Below, in pieces: positions 12,654 through 28,230 of a stretch of DNA of 64,000 nucleotides; position 1 is the first letter of the stretch; each line of letters starts with the position of its first letter. The notes under the pieces were generated by a model that did not search any database, was not told the DNA's origin, and worked only from the letters and a program-made list of their open reading frames with translations. This stretch comes from Eledone cirrhosa (lineage: Eukaryota). The position numbers and the translations under genes were made by a program. The stretch spans positions 305,784,001 to 305,848,000 of the forward strand of contig OZ024742.1 of the NCBI GenBank assembly GCA_964016885.1, given 5' to 3'.

Positions 12654-13849
12654 TTATATATATATATATATATATAAATATATACATGTGTGTGTGAGTG
12701 ATGTTTGAAAGTAATACTTTGTACATACATAATTATAACATGATTTCCTTATGTCGTTTGCTGTAGCAAATTTTACGGTTTAATACATCACAGTTTCTTG
12801 ATTCATTTACTATAGAAGCTTATAGCTTATATATAAATTTTGCCAAACAATTTTTGCTCAAAAACCCAACGCGTAGCCGAGGATTGAGATGACAACCCTA
12901 CGATCGTGAGCCGAAGAACCTAAGCGCTCAGCCACATTTCGTCTCTCACACATGCACACAGTGCATACAAAAACGTTACCCTCTTTTTTTTTTCGCACAC
13001 ACACATCCCATACTCCAATTCTCTTTATAAATGCTTGTAATTCTCTCATCGTGTCGCCAGAATCAGGCTTGTTATCTGACCTCTATGACCCATTATTGTT
13101 TATTTACTTTTTATTTGTATTTATGTATTATATTTATTTCATTTCATTTATATATGTATTCAATAATTCGGTTTAATTCTCGTTCCTATTCTGTATAACT
13201 GTTGTACCGAATAAACGGTGAAAGACATGAAAAGGAGCGAAACATATTTTCGTCGCCTCACAGGCGAGAAGAATGATGAGGTTACATGTATCTGTGCCTC
13301 TTTGTCTCTGTGTGTGTGTGTATGTGGGTAGGGAGTAAGATTGTATGTATGGGTGTACGCGTGCATTTGCGCGCCTCTGTTTTTTTTTGTGCATGTGCAT
13401 CCATGTGTTAAGATACGTCTGTGCTATGTATATGTGTGTATATATGTGTGTTTGTGATTACCCATTCAAAAGGTATGTGTACTTCTATAGTATAGTATAA
13501 GCGTTCATTTCATTGCTTGTAGGTCAGTGAAGTGTATCTTAACATGTGTGCAAGCTCGTGTGTGTGTGTATGTGAGTGTGTGTATGTATCTATGTGCTTG
13601 TACGTTATGCCTGTTTGAAACATATTTGTGTTTGTGCTGTGTATCTGTGTTATATTTTTGCATATGTTTCTGCATAAGTTGTATAAATGTGATTTTGCCT
13701 GTGTGTGTATGACTCTATATGGATGTTGTTGTTTAGCTCCAGTTAATTTCTTATCAAATATACCTATGATCACATTATAACTCTTAATTTTGCATGTTTG
13801 TTTCTATTTTCGGAGAGCCCAGTATCATATATCAAAGGTTTATTTTTTT

Positions 13850-14400
13850 GTGTGGCTTAGTGGTTAGTAAGTTCGACGTACAATCGTAAGCACATGAGTT
13901 CGATTTCCTGTGGCAATCTGTGCCTTTGAGCAAGATACAACAGGGTGTGCCAAAAGTCACTTCTTAACCTATTTTTATTAATAAAACATTACGAATTATC
14001 TCAAAATTAAATTTTATAATCGGATCTAGTTTTTATTCAACTTTAAGCTGAAAAAAGAATATTTTAATTTAAAAAAAAAATAATGAATTTTTTTCAATAG
14101 GAAGTGACTTTTGGCCCACCCTATATATTCGCCATTGCTCCAGTCCACAAAGTGCAAGTTTTACATCTGCAACTTAAAGTTGCAGCCTTATTGCTTATTG
14201 CTTCACGCTGCATCTACACGAGAACTTTGCAAAGGGTACATTTGAATGCCAGACATCATGTAAATTTCATGAGCAGAATTTTCCGCTGTTTGGCAAACAG
14301 GAACACTCGTCGTGGGATTCGACGGAGATCCGATGCAAACTGGGGTTGTGTGATTTTAGTATGATTTAGCTGATTCTTCTAGCAGATTGAGGAACCACAG
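13850..14400 (+). mobile_element. tRNA-derived SINE interrupted by a MITE
   Basis: A-box tggcttagtggtt and B-box gagttcgattt. The body resumes after 14123 (ttgctccagtccac). A related copy lies at 30084-30225. Confidence 0.55.
13941..14123. mobile_element. Tc1/mariner-type MITE
   Basis: ~23-bp TIRs cagggtgtgccaaaagtcacttc / gaagtgacttttggcccacccta around an AT-rich interior. Confidence 0.7.
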
Positions 14401-14457
14401 AGAATATCTCTTGTTAGCTAATATGTTTTAATATTTGTTTGTCTGCGTCCGTGTGTG

Positions 14458-14489
<32 letters not shown>

Positions 14490-15469
14490 CGTGTGTGACT
14501 GTATTTGTGTGTAAGTCATATATGTATGTAAATATACAATCATACCTTCTGAGAGAGAAGGTGACAAAATAGAAAAGTACGTGCCTCATTGTTTTGTTTT
14601 TCAAGTACTGTTCATGTGTGTATGTATATATGTGTATTCATGTTTGTGTGTTTGTATGTGTATTCATGTATGCGTATGTGTGTAGGTGTAAGTATGTACG
14701 TATGTATCTATGTATGTATATATGTATGTAAGTATGCATGCAAGTATGTGTATTTATGTGTGTGTGTGTATGTAAATGTATCTATATATGTAAGTATGTT
14801 CGTGCATTTGTTTGGTGTGTGTGTATGTTGCTTATAAGATTCGCAATGTGATTGCGTGGTGTATGATTTCTTTGTGAGATTAATGGAAACGAAAGTGTGC
14901 CTAACACCAGCACCACTTCATAAATAACCACCCCTCTCGACATATTAAGTAATGTCATAAAGCATTAGTGGCTGACAATTCTACCCTTTCCCCTTAACCA
15001 TCATTACTGGCTGTCAGCTCTACCACTATTTTCAGCACAATAATCACCATCATTTTGACCAACACAACAATCACGACTTCCAAAACCACTGCAACAATCA
15101 CCTCCACCACAACCGACACCACAATCATCGTCAGCACAAGCAACATTTACTAACACCACCATAATCTCCATCACAACAATTCCCTACACCACAGTCACAA
15201 CCATGTAAATTACAACCACTGTAACAACTACCAACACAATAGCTTCATCACCACTACCAATAGCAGCACCACTACAACCATCAACACTACCTCCACGGAC
15301 ACCCAACCAATACACCATCACAAGAAACTCCCCAAAACACCGGCACCACCACATTTATTACATTGGAGATCGCTTTCGAGTATTCATCATCAATATGACA
15401 AACGCTACAATTTCATCACACAGCACATTTGTTTTCCTTATACCACCAATTTAGAAACCATTTATATCA

Positions 15470-15676
15470 CCAGTATCGGAAGTTCATCGGACACCATGCA
15501 TTGTAGCATTAAGTTACGGCCCTTTACCGTCTGAGTTCAAATACCGACAAGGTTAGCTTTGTCTTTCATCCTTACGAGATCGATAAAATAGAACACCAGT
15601 AATGCACTAGGGTCGATTTAATCAACTTTCCATTCCCCCAAAATTACTGGCCTTATGCCAAATGTAGAAACCATTA
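15470..15676 (+). mobile_element. Same SINE family
   Basis: Match to 55671-55850. Confidence 0.7.
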
Positions 15677-16999
15677 TTTATTACACCAGAGTAGTAGAGT
15701 GACAGAATTGTTAGAGCAGCGAACACAATGCCGTACGGTACTTTGTGTAAGATCTGCGTTCAAATCCCTTGGATGTCTATATTGCGATTGATTATTTCCA
15801 TGTTGCATTGGTGTAATCCTCTATATAGCTGCCGCCTCTCCCCTCCCCACCAAGGCCTTGGAAATGAGCTTATGTTAATGGTGATCAATAATATTATCAC
15901 CCTCATCATTATAACCAGCCTCATCATCGCAACAATTACTGCATCAAATTTAACTCTTACTCATTTTCAAACAATACAATTATGCCGTATTTTTAGTACT
16001 GATGCGAACCCTGGCACAAATATTATTACTAAAAAGAAAAAAAAAGATGTAACATCACCCTTTTCTGACCATACCGACACAACCTGGCAATTCATTAGAG
16101 TTTTATTCCATCAGAACTGTGCTGTGTCTAAACAACAACAATACATTGTAGCACAATCATATTTTCACAGTAAAAATTATATATTACAAGAAGACGAGTC
16201 CTCAATTTTTACATTTGAAGACTTGATTACCTGCCATATTTGTGGAGGAGGTGATGATAATAATTATGATTTCTATCATAATTTCTAGAGTTGCAATTGG
16301 TGGAAATTAGTGCAACAAATTACAAATGTAGAAGAGAGAAATATAGAAACAGACGCGACAAACAACATGTTTTAACGCAATGCAATAACGCCAATAGTGA
16401 GGATATTCAGTAAGGATCCAGCCAGGAAATCTCATACATCTAAGATTACTTTGATTACTCCCGCATTTCTCTTCTCCGAGCTCACGTCACATGCTGAGAG
16501 AAGGCTCATCCATCCCAACATCATTGCGTACGGAGTTCTTGGACTGTAGGCTTAATTTGTTACTCGGTTTAACATCATCAATTAATCATTGGTGGAGTGT
16601 GGTCTTTAAGCATTCAGGACAAGTATCCGGTTGTTGAGGCTCTGAAGAAAGAGCCTCATGGCGCTGCTCTTCCCTTTCTAACTGATCGGTAAAAATAAAA
16701 GTGAAATACGTCTCTCTCCCCCATCTTCCAATAAATGTACACCAGCCTCGAAACCCTCTTCATGTGGTATTTGTAACAACAGATAAATGATTGCTGCATC
16801 ACCAGTCGTCTCAATTTTCTCCATCACACTAACCCTTTCATCACAACCACGAGAGGAATTAAAAGATTGTCTGCCCTTACTTGCTGAATAACTATTTCTA
16901 ACATGGACACTATAATTATGAAAATAATTATCATTATGTTAATGTTATTACTAGAAGGGTGTCGAATACGAGACATTACAACAACAGCATCAATTGTTT

Positions 17000-17040
<41 letters not shown>

Positions 17041-17041
<1 letters not shown>

Positions 17042-18916
17042 TTTTCTTTATTAACCACAAGGGTTTACATAAAGTAGACATTAGGGACAGTACAGGACAA
17101 TACAGGACGGTACAAATGGGCATTTCTGCGTGTAAAAAAACAGAGGATGTAATAAAATAACAAAGAAAAATTCCCCAATAGGGGGGAGACTTCCGAGGGA
17201 CATTTGTGGAGAAAGCCCATTAAAAGACCACAGTCGCCCTGACCACCAGGGCAAGTGCCCTCTCCCAGTTTTCCACCTTTAATTTACAGACACATACTCA
17301 GAGAAGGCCCATTCATTCGGGCCATACTTACTTCTCTCACCCATCTTTCAACAAAATGCTGCGAAGAGAGCACTTCCCTCTCTACCCTGATTTTCCTTTT
17401 CAAATAAAATTTGAAAAAGTTAATCAGGGCATCATCGAAGAGGTAAGTGCTCGTCTTCAGCCCTTTCAAACGTGTCCACCATACTATCTCTTTCGCCATG
17501 GCCAACAGACAGATAAAAACTGCCTGCCCTTCCCGGCTAAAGGAGGAGGGCGGGGCAATCCTCACGATGGACTCAGCTGATAGCTGGATCCGTCCTACAC
17601 GTGACAGCAGGTGTTCGACATAAACCCACAAGTCAGCAATGTTCGGACACTGGACGAGTGCGTGCAGGACGGTTTCGTCGCACTGTGCGCATCTCGGACA
17701 TGCCCGGCTGACGGCACCTCCATGCCTGTAGAGTTTATCCCGAACTGACAAAGCTCCCCGGTAGCACTGCCAGGCCAGGGATTTCTGGAAGTTGTCCATA
17801 GGCCCCGGCCCGAAAGTCCTTCCGAAGAGATTGGCTAGTTGATTTTCGTCGACGTCTAGAGTTTCTCCAAGTACGTCGTCGCTCTTCCCCTCCACTAATC
17901 CTCTATAGAACGCCAAGGTGGAGTTTCCACCGATCACATTGCCCGATTGGTCGAGGGCTGTGAGCACCTGCCTCTCCAGGTGCCGAGCTGCAGGCCCACT
18001 GACTTTTCCTGGTTGCTCCTGTCACCGCTTCGTATTCTCTTAGTGTAGTGCCGATCGCCTCGATGTGTTTGGCGTTCGACACCACTACGGTGACATCGTC
18101 CGCATATGCTGACACGGATCTTCCGCATCCTAGTTCGCGCGGGACCCCCCTCAACGTCTCCAGTTTGTGCAGTAATGGCTCGAGAGTCAGTGCGTATAAT
18201 AGGGACGAGTGGGGACATCCTTGGAGGACCGAGCGCATGATGTTGAACGGTTCCGAAAGGTGACCGTTCACTCTGACTACAGAGCAGATGTCGCTGTGAA
18301 TGGCAGCGATCCAGCCTCTGAAGACGAGCCCAAAGCCAGCCGCCCTCAGGAGTGCCGCTTGGTAATGATGGTCGACCCTATCGAAGGCTTTCGACTGATC
18401 TAAATTGATCAAAGACCCACCCGTGCCAGGTTCCCTAGCTACCCTCTCTACGATGTATCGCATGAGGTGGAGGTTGTCGTGGATGGATCTGTCGGGAATG
18501 GCGCATGTCTGCGCCTCTCCCACCAGACCACCAACGACAAGCGCCAACCTCTTTGCTAGCACCTTGGCCAAAATCTTGAACTCTGTGTTTCGCAGAGTTA
18601 TGGGCCTAAAATTATCTATGTTATCCCCCTTGTTCGGATCCTTTCTCAGCAGCGCCACCGCTCCTCGGCTAACAAAACTGGGAATTCTCCCGTTCTGTTG
18701 CCAGTTGCAGTAGACGTCCGCCAAGAGGCCACCGAACAAGTCTGGCATTTGTACGTAAAGTTCATAGAGCAGACCATCCAAACCAGGCGATTTACCCCTT
18801 GTGCAGCCAGTCATTGCCTCCCGTACTTCAGCGGCTGTTATCGGCTTTTCGCAACACTCCGCCTCAGTGGCCGAGAGCCGCGGCAGTCCGTCTTGGCGCT
18901 TGTCGTTGAGTACCCT
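17041..18916 (-). mobile_element. L1/Tx1-clade LINE, 5'-truncated and internally deleted (reverse transcriptase plus C-terminal CCHC region)
   Basis: KSPGLDG, FRPITL, LDQSKAFDRVDH, QGCP, AYADD in 17903-18814. CPRC...ETVLHALVQC in 17284-17967. The 3'UTR ends in aataaa plus a (TTA)n tail at 17001-17040. Confidence 0.9.
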
Positions 18917-20259
18917 TAGCTTCTAAGACATGACTCATCAGAATTATGTACTACAATTAAAGATAGTATGGGGAAAATATTGTGGTGTTGGGATTTTCTT
19001 TATATCTCTCTCAAGACCAATAGCAACGAATATGTGAGATGAATTCAACAATGAGTGAGTGGGCGCTGACAGGTAATTTATATTCAGCATATTCCACCAA
19101 CCATTGCGGTATATTTACTATGTAACCCTTGTGACTATATGCAAACATGTTTGGTGCTTGGTCAAGAGTTTCCTTCAGATCTTTCTAAACTATCCATATC
19201 GGTGAGGCACATGAAAAAACAAAACAAATTTGAGTGATACATTTATTAGGTTTTATTACCGACAGAAAATTAACGAAATTAACAAATAGGCAATTAAATC
19301 TCATATCATGCCTCAAAAGTCACTTGTCATTGTCTATCTCAAATATATTTTCAGCCAATTATTCGTAAAGCTTGGTTGTATTTTACTTCACTGCATGACA
19401 CACCTAGAAATTATCGGTGATATACTAAAGTGTCTCGACACACCTAGAGATTATCGGCGATTTGTTAAAGTGTCACACAGTTTAAAAACCTTTGGTCTAA
19501 TTAGACTCCATAGGGGGCTTACCTGATAGTTACCTGTCCACATAAATAAACACCAGCTGTCTTTGCTGCCGCTGGTTTACGCTCCAGCAACGCCTTTCAC
19601 CACCACATTTTAATGTTTAGTCCACGTTAGTAAATAATGAAAAGGCAACAAATAGAAGGGAGAGAAAGAGGGATGGGGTATAGAGAACAATAACAATAAC
19701 AACGGCTAAAAAATCCCGTACCCTTTAAATAATAGTAAAGCTAATTTTAAGAGAGGGGAAATATGGTGAAAGTAAAAAAAACCCTTAACCATCGCAGGTG
19801 AAAAGTTCTACTTTAGTTTCGAATATAAAGGATTACAGTAAAGCGTGAGAAAAAGGAATTTCAAAAGATTAAAAGAGTTACACAAAACTAACAAATAAAG
19901 AAGTTACTCATAATAAAAATTACAATAACAACAAAAGGCAATTGGTTCTTCAACAGACATAAAATCTAAACTGTGCAGGAAAGGGTAAATGGTATATTTT
20001 TACGATTTTGCTTTTCCTCTGATTATATTCCCCCCACGGGCACTAGTATTTTAAATGAATTGATGGTCTTAATACGTCAGATAATATTTATGATAAAAAG
20101 TGTATTTATGAGATATAATAATAATTTCTTTTGATAAAAATGAAGGCCAATTCCAAAGAGGTGGTTGTAAGAACCTACATTAATACATTACATGAACAGT
20201 AGAGAGCGATTATTTCACACGGCAGAATATGATCTCACATTCGAAAGTTCACAAATTAG

Positions 20260-20350
<91 letters not shown>

Positions 20351-20355
<5 letters not shown>

Positions 20356-20511
20356 CGGACACCATGCTTTGATGCATAGTTACGGCTCTTGCCATTCTGA
20401 TTTCAAATCCCGCCGAGGTTAACTTTGCCTTTCATCCTTACGGGGTCGATAAAACAAAGTACCAGTAATGGACTGGGTAATTGCTGGCCTTGTGCTAAAA
20501 GTAGAAACAAT

Positions 20512-20512
<1 letters not shown>
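20351..20512 (+). mobile_element. Same SINE family
   Basis: Match to 55671-55850. Confidence 0.7.
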
Positions 20513-20543
<31 letters not shown>

Positions 20544-20545
<2 letters not shown>

Positions 20546-20735
20546 ACGAAGGAATTGTGGTAAGGAACCAGATGGACCATAACGCACCAAAGTACTCAAT
20601 ACTTAGTGTAGTAGAATGGGTAATAGGAAAAAGTATGACCCCGACAGCAGAGCTCAAGCCGTCTCGACGGCTATTTCAGTCCAGAAATAGCTGTTGAAAC
20701 GGCTTGAACTCTGCCGTCGGGGTCATACTTTTTCC
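20544..20735 (-). mobile_element. Family P fold-back element, copy D
   Basis: Same structure, flanked by (TA)n. Confidence 0.8.
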
Positions 20736-20776
<41 letters not shown>

Positions 20777-20998
20777 TGTGTGTGTGTATGTATACACATA
20801 CACCCAGATATATATGTATGTGTGTGTATGTTTATGTGTATGTATGTGTGTATGTGTAGATGCATACATAATTGAAATCATATAATCACATGTAGTAACA
20901 CCCATTTTTCAAATCCAGTCCACTTGACATTTATTGTCACCCCCACATATCTAATCAACGAAAACAAGAAGGTATATGACACCAATATTGATTCAACG

Positions 20999-21067
<69 letters not shown>

Positions 21068-21993
21068 GTTTCTACTATATCCAGCAACCGTACACTTAGC
21101 ATTATTGTTACTATGGCGGTGGATTGGCAGTATTGGTAGAGGGTCGGACGCTATGCTTTGACGCACATAGTTACGGCCCTCTAACAGAACCAGAGTTACC
21201 AGTATTATCTGAATCACAACAGTGAACCAACCACTGGATTGTTATTAGAGTAGCCGTTACCCCCTTCGTCTCATCATCTTAACATCATTGTAAACACCAT
21301 CATTACCACCACCACCACCACCACCACCATCACTACCACCACAACCATCAGCCCAACCAGCACCACCAGCACCATCATCATCAACATTGTAATCATTGTT
21401 CTTATCCTAACCTCTACCATCATTTTCCTAAACCACATCATTGCACTTAATATTGTTCTTGTTAATGCTATCGTCATCGTTATAACTTGCCAATATGTCA
21501 ACCAAACAAATGAGTTGAAAAGCTTCGATTAAAAGACAGACTCTTCAAGAAGTTTGTAGACAGAAGTTGCTATATGCAGCATGACCAACTGATTAATAAG
21601 GTCACTTCCATATAATTAGGTTTCGGGTTCTATCTCACTGCGTGAGATTTTCGACTTGCGCCATTTGCCATGGTCTGTTTGCAAGTGAAACTGAGTAGAC
21701 GGAAATTGTTTGGAAGCCAATCGGATGAACTATTCCCGACTTTTAAGGGCTAGCCTCGTCACAAATTGCGTTACGTTACATAACATCTTGGAATGTCCTG
21801 TCATTTATACGCTAATGTCATGAGCAGGCTGTTCTGTTGATCGAACAACTGGAACACATCTTGACGGACCCTATCGAAGTACATTCTAGGCCAAATACAA
21901 ATTCGACCTAGATGTGTTTAAAATCTAAATGCAACACACAAAGGGGGCAACACCAATAAGACCAGGCAAATACAAATTCGGATAAAATAAAGA

Positions 21994-22180
21994 TAATTGT
22001 TTCTACTTTAGGCACACGGCCATCAATTTGAAGGGGAAGGGTAAAATCAATTAAATCGACCCCAGTACTCACTGCTGCCTTATTTTATCGCCCCGTAAGA
22101 ATGAAAGGCAAAGCTAACCTCGGCGGGATTTGAACCCAGAACGTAAAGGGCCGTAACTCTCTACCACAAAGAATGGTGTC
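21994..22180 (-). mobile_element. Same SINE family
   Basis: Reverse-complement match. Further partial copies at ~21125-21180, 52766-52880, 60048-60100 and 61557-61668. Confidence 0.7.
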
Positions 22181-22612
22181 TGAGAGATAAGAAATCGTCT
22201 CGTTCAAGTCTACTATTTAAAGCAACGGACATGTTTGAAACATGCCCGTTGCTATCCACAGTTGTGTTTATAGAGACGAACTACTTATAACAGTATTGAC
22301 TATATTTTCAAAAACATTGTATTGGTTGATTTCTTTGGTGTTAACTGTCTGTTGCTTTTAAATGTTGAACATCCCCAGAGGGAGTTATGTCTACTGAATG
22401 ATTTGAAGTGATCGACGTTTCAGAGCTTACCATGCTATAATAGAAGGCACGAGTCTTAGTGGCTGGAGTGTTGGGTTCACAATCATAAGGTTGTGAGTTA
22501 GATATCTAGCTATTTATATCTCTATCTATCTTTCTAGCCATCTGTAACCTTATATGTATGTATGTATGTATATGTATGTATATGTATATATATATATGTA
22601 TGCATATGAATG

Positions 22613-22749
<137 letters not shown>

Positions 22750-24521
22750 ATGTATGTATATATATATATATATGTATGTATATGTATGTATATATATATA
22801 TATATGTATGTATATGTATGTATATATATATATATATGAATGTATGTACTAATATATATCCAGCCTTCTATTAATTTATGTATGTCTTCATGTTTGTGAG
22901 TATTTTTCTGTCCGTCGCTTTCTGCCATCACACCATCTGTTTTAATCATTATCTTCTATTACAATCTAATTCTATCTCTGTTTCCCTTATCTCATTTAAT
23001 CTCACACTCTTTGTCATGCATTCTATCCATAAACCTACCTACCATTTCCCTCATTTTATGTATACAACATAAGTACACACGAATGAAACAGCCAGTGGAC
23101 ATTTACATACAAACAGATATGCATATATGTATATGTACAAATATACAAATACATATGTACACGTAAATGCAAACATGTATATATGTTTGTGTATATATAT
23201 ACACACACACACGCATGCATAACAGGCACACGATAGATAACATTCTTATATTTCATCAGACCTATAATCCATGCATAATACATGCACACATGCACGAATA
23301 AAATTATATACACCATCTGTAGACATAGATATATATATAAATACGTACATAGATATTACACAAAAACACGAATTCGTACATTCATATATAATTATATACA
23401 TTGTACATACATAAAAATGGAGACGAATGCGTAGATACATGTATAATTACAGGAATATGTGCATAGATACGTAGATATATGCAATAATATACATATATAC
23501 ATATATACATATATAAACATATGAGTTAATAGGTTCATACTTCTATAAGTACATTCATCTATGGATACTCACATACCTAAATGCATACAAACATGAATAG
23601 ATACGTACATTCATACATATACAATTACATATTCAATTGCATATATCTACGCATACATAAAATCATATATATTACATATTCTGGTATGAAACAGTGTAAT
23701 ATAAAACAAAAGTGAAAGACAACGCCAACAACAAGTTGAACAAATATAGCAATATCACCAAGTAAAATTATATTATTACGAATATTTACAAAAAATGTAA
23801 AAAGCCTAACGTATAAGGTAATATCACTAGTATCCCTAACAAAATGTACTGAAAATCAATAACACTATAAGCAAAAGCAGTATGAGCAATACGAGAACCA
23901 AATATAACAACAAAAAACAATAACTTGATACAATAATTCGAACAATAACAACTTTTCGAACAAGAAGACGATAAATAATTTGGAAAAGAGACAAAATAGA
24001 ATCGAAAGGAAAGGAAGAAAAAACATAAGAACAAATGTAATCCCTAAAAAATCAACAATAGGAAAATAATAACAACAAACAATAATAACAAGAAGGCTAA
24101 TATAAACAACATCAACAACGAAATGACCAATAACAATAGTAACAGCAACAACAACAGCAACAATAATCACAACATTTAAGACAGAAAGACAAACAGACAA
24201 ATAACTGAATCATTTAACATAATTTAACCCCATCCACCCTATATTTAACCACCCGTTCGACACACTATTCCACTGATACAGAAAATGAATAAAGATGGCG
24301 GCGATATAGTAATAAAATGTACACCGTAGGAATGAGCTTCAGCAATCACTTTGGCGCCAGCGATGTTAGATCATCATCATCATCATCATCATCGTCATAA
24401 TCGCCATCATCGTCATCGTCACCTTCATCGACATAATCGTCGTCATCATCATCATTGAAATAACCATCACCATTGTCTTCAGCAACATCAGCAGCAGAAT
24501 CACCACCACGATCATCATCAG

Positions 24522-24558
<37 letters not shown>

Positions 24559-24896
24559 GCCATCATCATCATCGTCATCATCATTGCCATCATCCTCATC
24601 ATTATCCTCCTCATCATCATCATCCTCATCATCGCCATCATCCTCATCATTATCATCGTCATCATCATCATCATCATCATCATCATTTATCATCATCATT
24701 ATCCGCATCAACATCATCGTTTTGACGATTGTCTTCGTCATCATCATCAACAATCGTTAGCACCACCATCATGGATATCAAACTTATTACCACTACAGTC
24801 ACAACTACTCCATCATCGTCACCCGTCTCTCCTCTGCCCTACACTCTCCTCCTAATGCTCCTTCATTTCAACTTCGTCGCCATCGTCAAGACGAGC

Positions 24897-24943
<47 letters not shown>

Positions 24944-25624
24944 ACAACAACAGCAAGTAACAGCCACTGCGTTCCTGTAAACAAAATAAGTAAGAATAAC
25001 TATTATAATGGTTATAATATGATAATGATGGTGACTGTAGTTGTGATTGTGATTGAAGGGAATGTGAATAATTATTGTGGAGTTGAAGGCGGTGATGATT
25101 TTGAAGATGATGATGACAATAATGATGATAATGATGACGAAGAGGATGATGATAATGATGATGATGATGCAAACAATGATAATAAAAATAAAAGAACAAG
25201 GAATAAATAGAATTTTAGTAATAAATAACGAAATAAACGAAAACATACAGAATACACATTCCCCCTCTTCTCTCAAAATTGTAATGACAAATAATAATAA
25301 TAATAACAACAACAACAACAACAATAGCAGCAATAATAATAATAATAATAATTTTTAATGATAACAAAAACAAGGAAGATAATGATTTTAATCACACCCA
25401 TCTTCAGCCCACTCCTATCCAGCATGTCTATTTCTAAAATAAAAATAAATTATAAACGAAGATATAAAAAGAAAACACATTCATACAAAACAAAAAATAA
25501 AGATGAACAATTAAATAAGGGAATGTAAAAAAGTAAAACAAAGAAAGGAAAGGAAGAAATATGAACGAAGACGATGTTAAGACAAAAACACCAACATACA
25601 TATATATATGTGTGTGTGTGTATA

Positions 25625-25721
<97 letters not shown>

Positions 25722-25773
25722 ACATTTATATATATAGACATATACATATCATATATATACATTGATATATATA

Positions 25774-25834
<61 letters not shown>

Positions 25835-25899
25835 AAACATACATATATATATTATTATACATACACACACACATATATATATATATATATGTAAATGTA

Positions 25900-25962
<63 letters not shown>

Positions 25963-25990
25963 AAACATACATATATATATTATTATACAT

Positions 25991-26062
<72 letters not shown>

Positions 26063-26358
26063 TATAACAACAATAACAAGACCTTTTCTGTGGTGTTTAC
26101 CAAACTGACTCAACTATTTTCTGTGTTGCTGCTGCTCTGTTGCTCTTCACCAACGACAGTACCTGAAATAATTACTCATCTAAAGGGTAGCATCAGCAAT
26201 TCTGCAACAGTTTTATGTTTGTGCGTGTGTATGTGCATGTTGTGTGTGTGTGTGTGTGTGTGCTTGCTTTTCACTATGTGTAAGTGTGTTTGTGTGTACT
26301 GTTGTCCTTTGAGGTTGGTAGTGTTTGTAATGGTGGTCTTATGTTAGTGGCTTGTGAG

Positions 26359-26591
26359 TGTTTTGTAAGTGATGGTGCTGGTTTTGCGGAAGTGCTGCTG
26401 GTGGTAGTGGTTGTAACGTATGTAGGAAACTGGTTGACGGGTTATTATTATTTATTTTGTTGTTGTTGTTGTTGTTGGTGGTGGTGTTGTTGTTGTTGTT
26501 GTTTTGTTGCTGCTGTTTAAGGAGACGAGGACGATTATTTAATCTCAAATTCTAATAAGCGCACATTCGCGCGCACACACACACACACACA

Positions 26592-26678
<87 letters not shown>

Positions 26679-26893
26679 GCGAATGTGCGCTTATTAGAAT
26701 TTGAGATTAAATAATCGTCCTCGTCTCCTTAAACAGCAGCAACAAAACAACAACAACAACAACAACACCACCACCAACAACAACAACAACAACAAAATAA
26801 ATAATAATAACCCGTCAACCAGTTTCCTACATACGTTACAACCACCACCACCAGTAGCACTTCCGCAAATCCAGTACCATCACTTACAAAACA
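26359..26893. repeat. ~535-bp palindrome centred on a CA/TA/TG microsatellite
   Basis: 26359-~26590 is the reverse complement of ~26660-26893, with few mismatches. Confidence 0.85.
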
Positions 26894-26919
26894 TATATAT
26901 TATATATATATAACAAAAA

Positions 26920-27004
<85 letters not shown>

Positions 27005-27135
27005 GTGAGGTTTTTTTTACAAAACGAAAAATAACCGAGGTGTCCTACACGAGTGAAAGTATAAAAAAAAAAAGACAAAACCGAAAATGTAGCTGTAGTC
27101 TTATTTTAAAATATATATATATATTTATTTGGTTC

Positions 27136-27168
27136 CTTTACCGGTTTCGCAGTTCTGCTTTTCAAAAG
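27136..27168 (-). ncRNA. Minimal type I hammerhead, U3:A8 core variant
   Basis: CTT-TTGAAAA-GCA gaac TGC-GAAA-CCGG-TA-AAG, with palindromic stem III ACCGGT. Confidence 0.65.
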
Positions 27169-28230
27169 TAGAGTTGAGATGGAGGGTCTATGGTTTTTCT
27201 CACATCTGGTTGGTCTCTGAATGTTACTTGTTTTAAATGGAAAATGTTGCTCGAAATGCCAGGTTTTTCGAGAAGTAATTTGATTGGTTGGTCAATTATT
27301 ATAATAAATTTCGCGCCAGTTCGCGTTACAAAGTTCTTCAAACAAGGGGGGGGGGGGGGGGGGGAATGTCACAGGTTGTTTTTTTCATATATGAGTGTTT
27401 GAATTTCTTTTTATTTAAAAAAAAGGGGGGCTCACGAAGGGTTTTTTTTAAATAAACGTAATTTGATTGGTTATAAACGAAATTATGGCTGTCACGTGAA
27501 CAAGTTTTCATTAAATTTTCGCGCCCTTATTTGGAAATCTATTATGTAGCCTTTTTAGAGAATTTTATGACAAGTAAAAGATAATGGTCAAGAGTAATTG
27601 GATGGGTGAATTGTTCTGGTTCAGTGAATATGGTTAGTTCGCTGGGGTGTCAGAATTCAGATTTTCTATTGAATAAAGAAAGTAAAGATATGTATGTTTA
27701 TCAGTAACCAACCAAGCTACCCCAAACATCTCAAATACATAGGATGAAAAAAAATAGATTTCTGGTAATTCTTGGCATTTAAGAAAACCAAAATCAATGT
27801 CTACAAATTGTTAGATTGATACAATGAGAAAAATAAATGTTTCACCTATGCTTTGCATACTGAGCCAGTTAAATAGTTCAGTGCTTAACTTGAACCTAGA
27901 ATATTAATTTATTACCAAACAATTAAGGAAATATATCATAAAAGTCTGAATTACCATATTGAGAGCAAACTGCTAAACATGATATGACAATGTTTATGTT
28001 TTGTCAATCAAAATCCTACAACTGCCAAATGAACTCTTATATTTAAGTTTGTAGTGTGTAGAAATCTATTGTGAGTAGATGTGGTAACTATTTCATCACG
28101 GGACTAGGGTCCTTCCAACCCTATTTTTGGCAAACTTTCTACAGCTAGAAGCACTTTTTCCATATAAAACAAGTAACATTCAGAGACCAACCTGATGTGA
28201 GAAAAATCACAGACCCTCCATCTCACTCTA

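Noticed and set aside
15728-16288. 186-aa ORF
   Set aside because: Overlaps SINE remnants and low-complexity DNA, with no recognisable domain or splice signals.
16634-16715. Hammerhead at CTGAAGA...GAAATACGTC
   Set aside because: Stem I does not pair, and the core is buried in the tgaggctct/agagcctca hairpin.
19398-19475. Two tandem ~40-bp units gacacacctag...aaagtgtc
   Set aside because: Only two copies and no other support; probably a local duplication.
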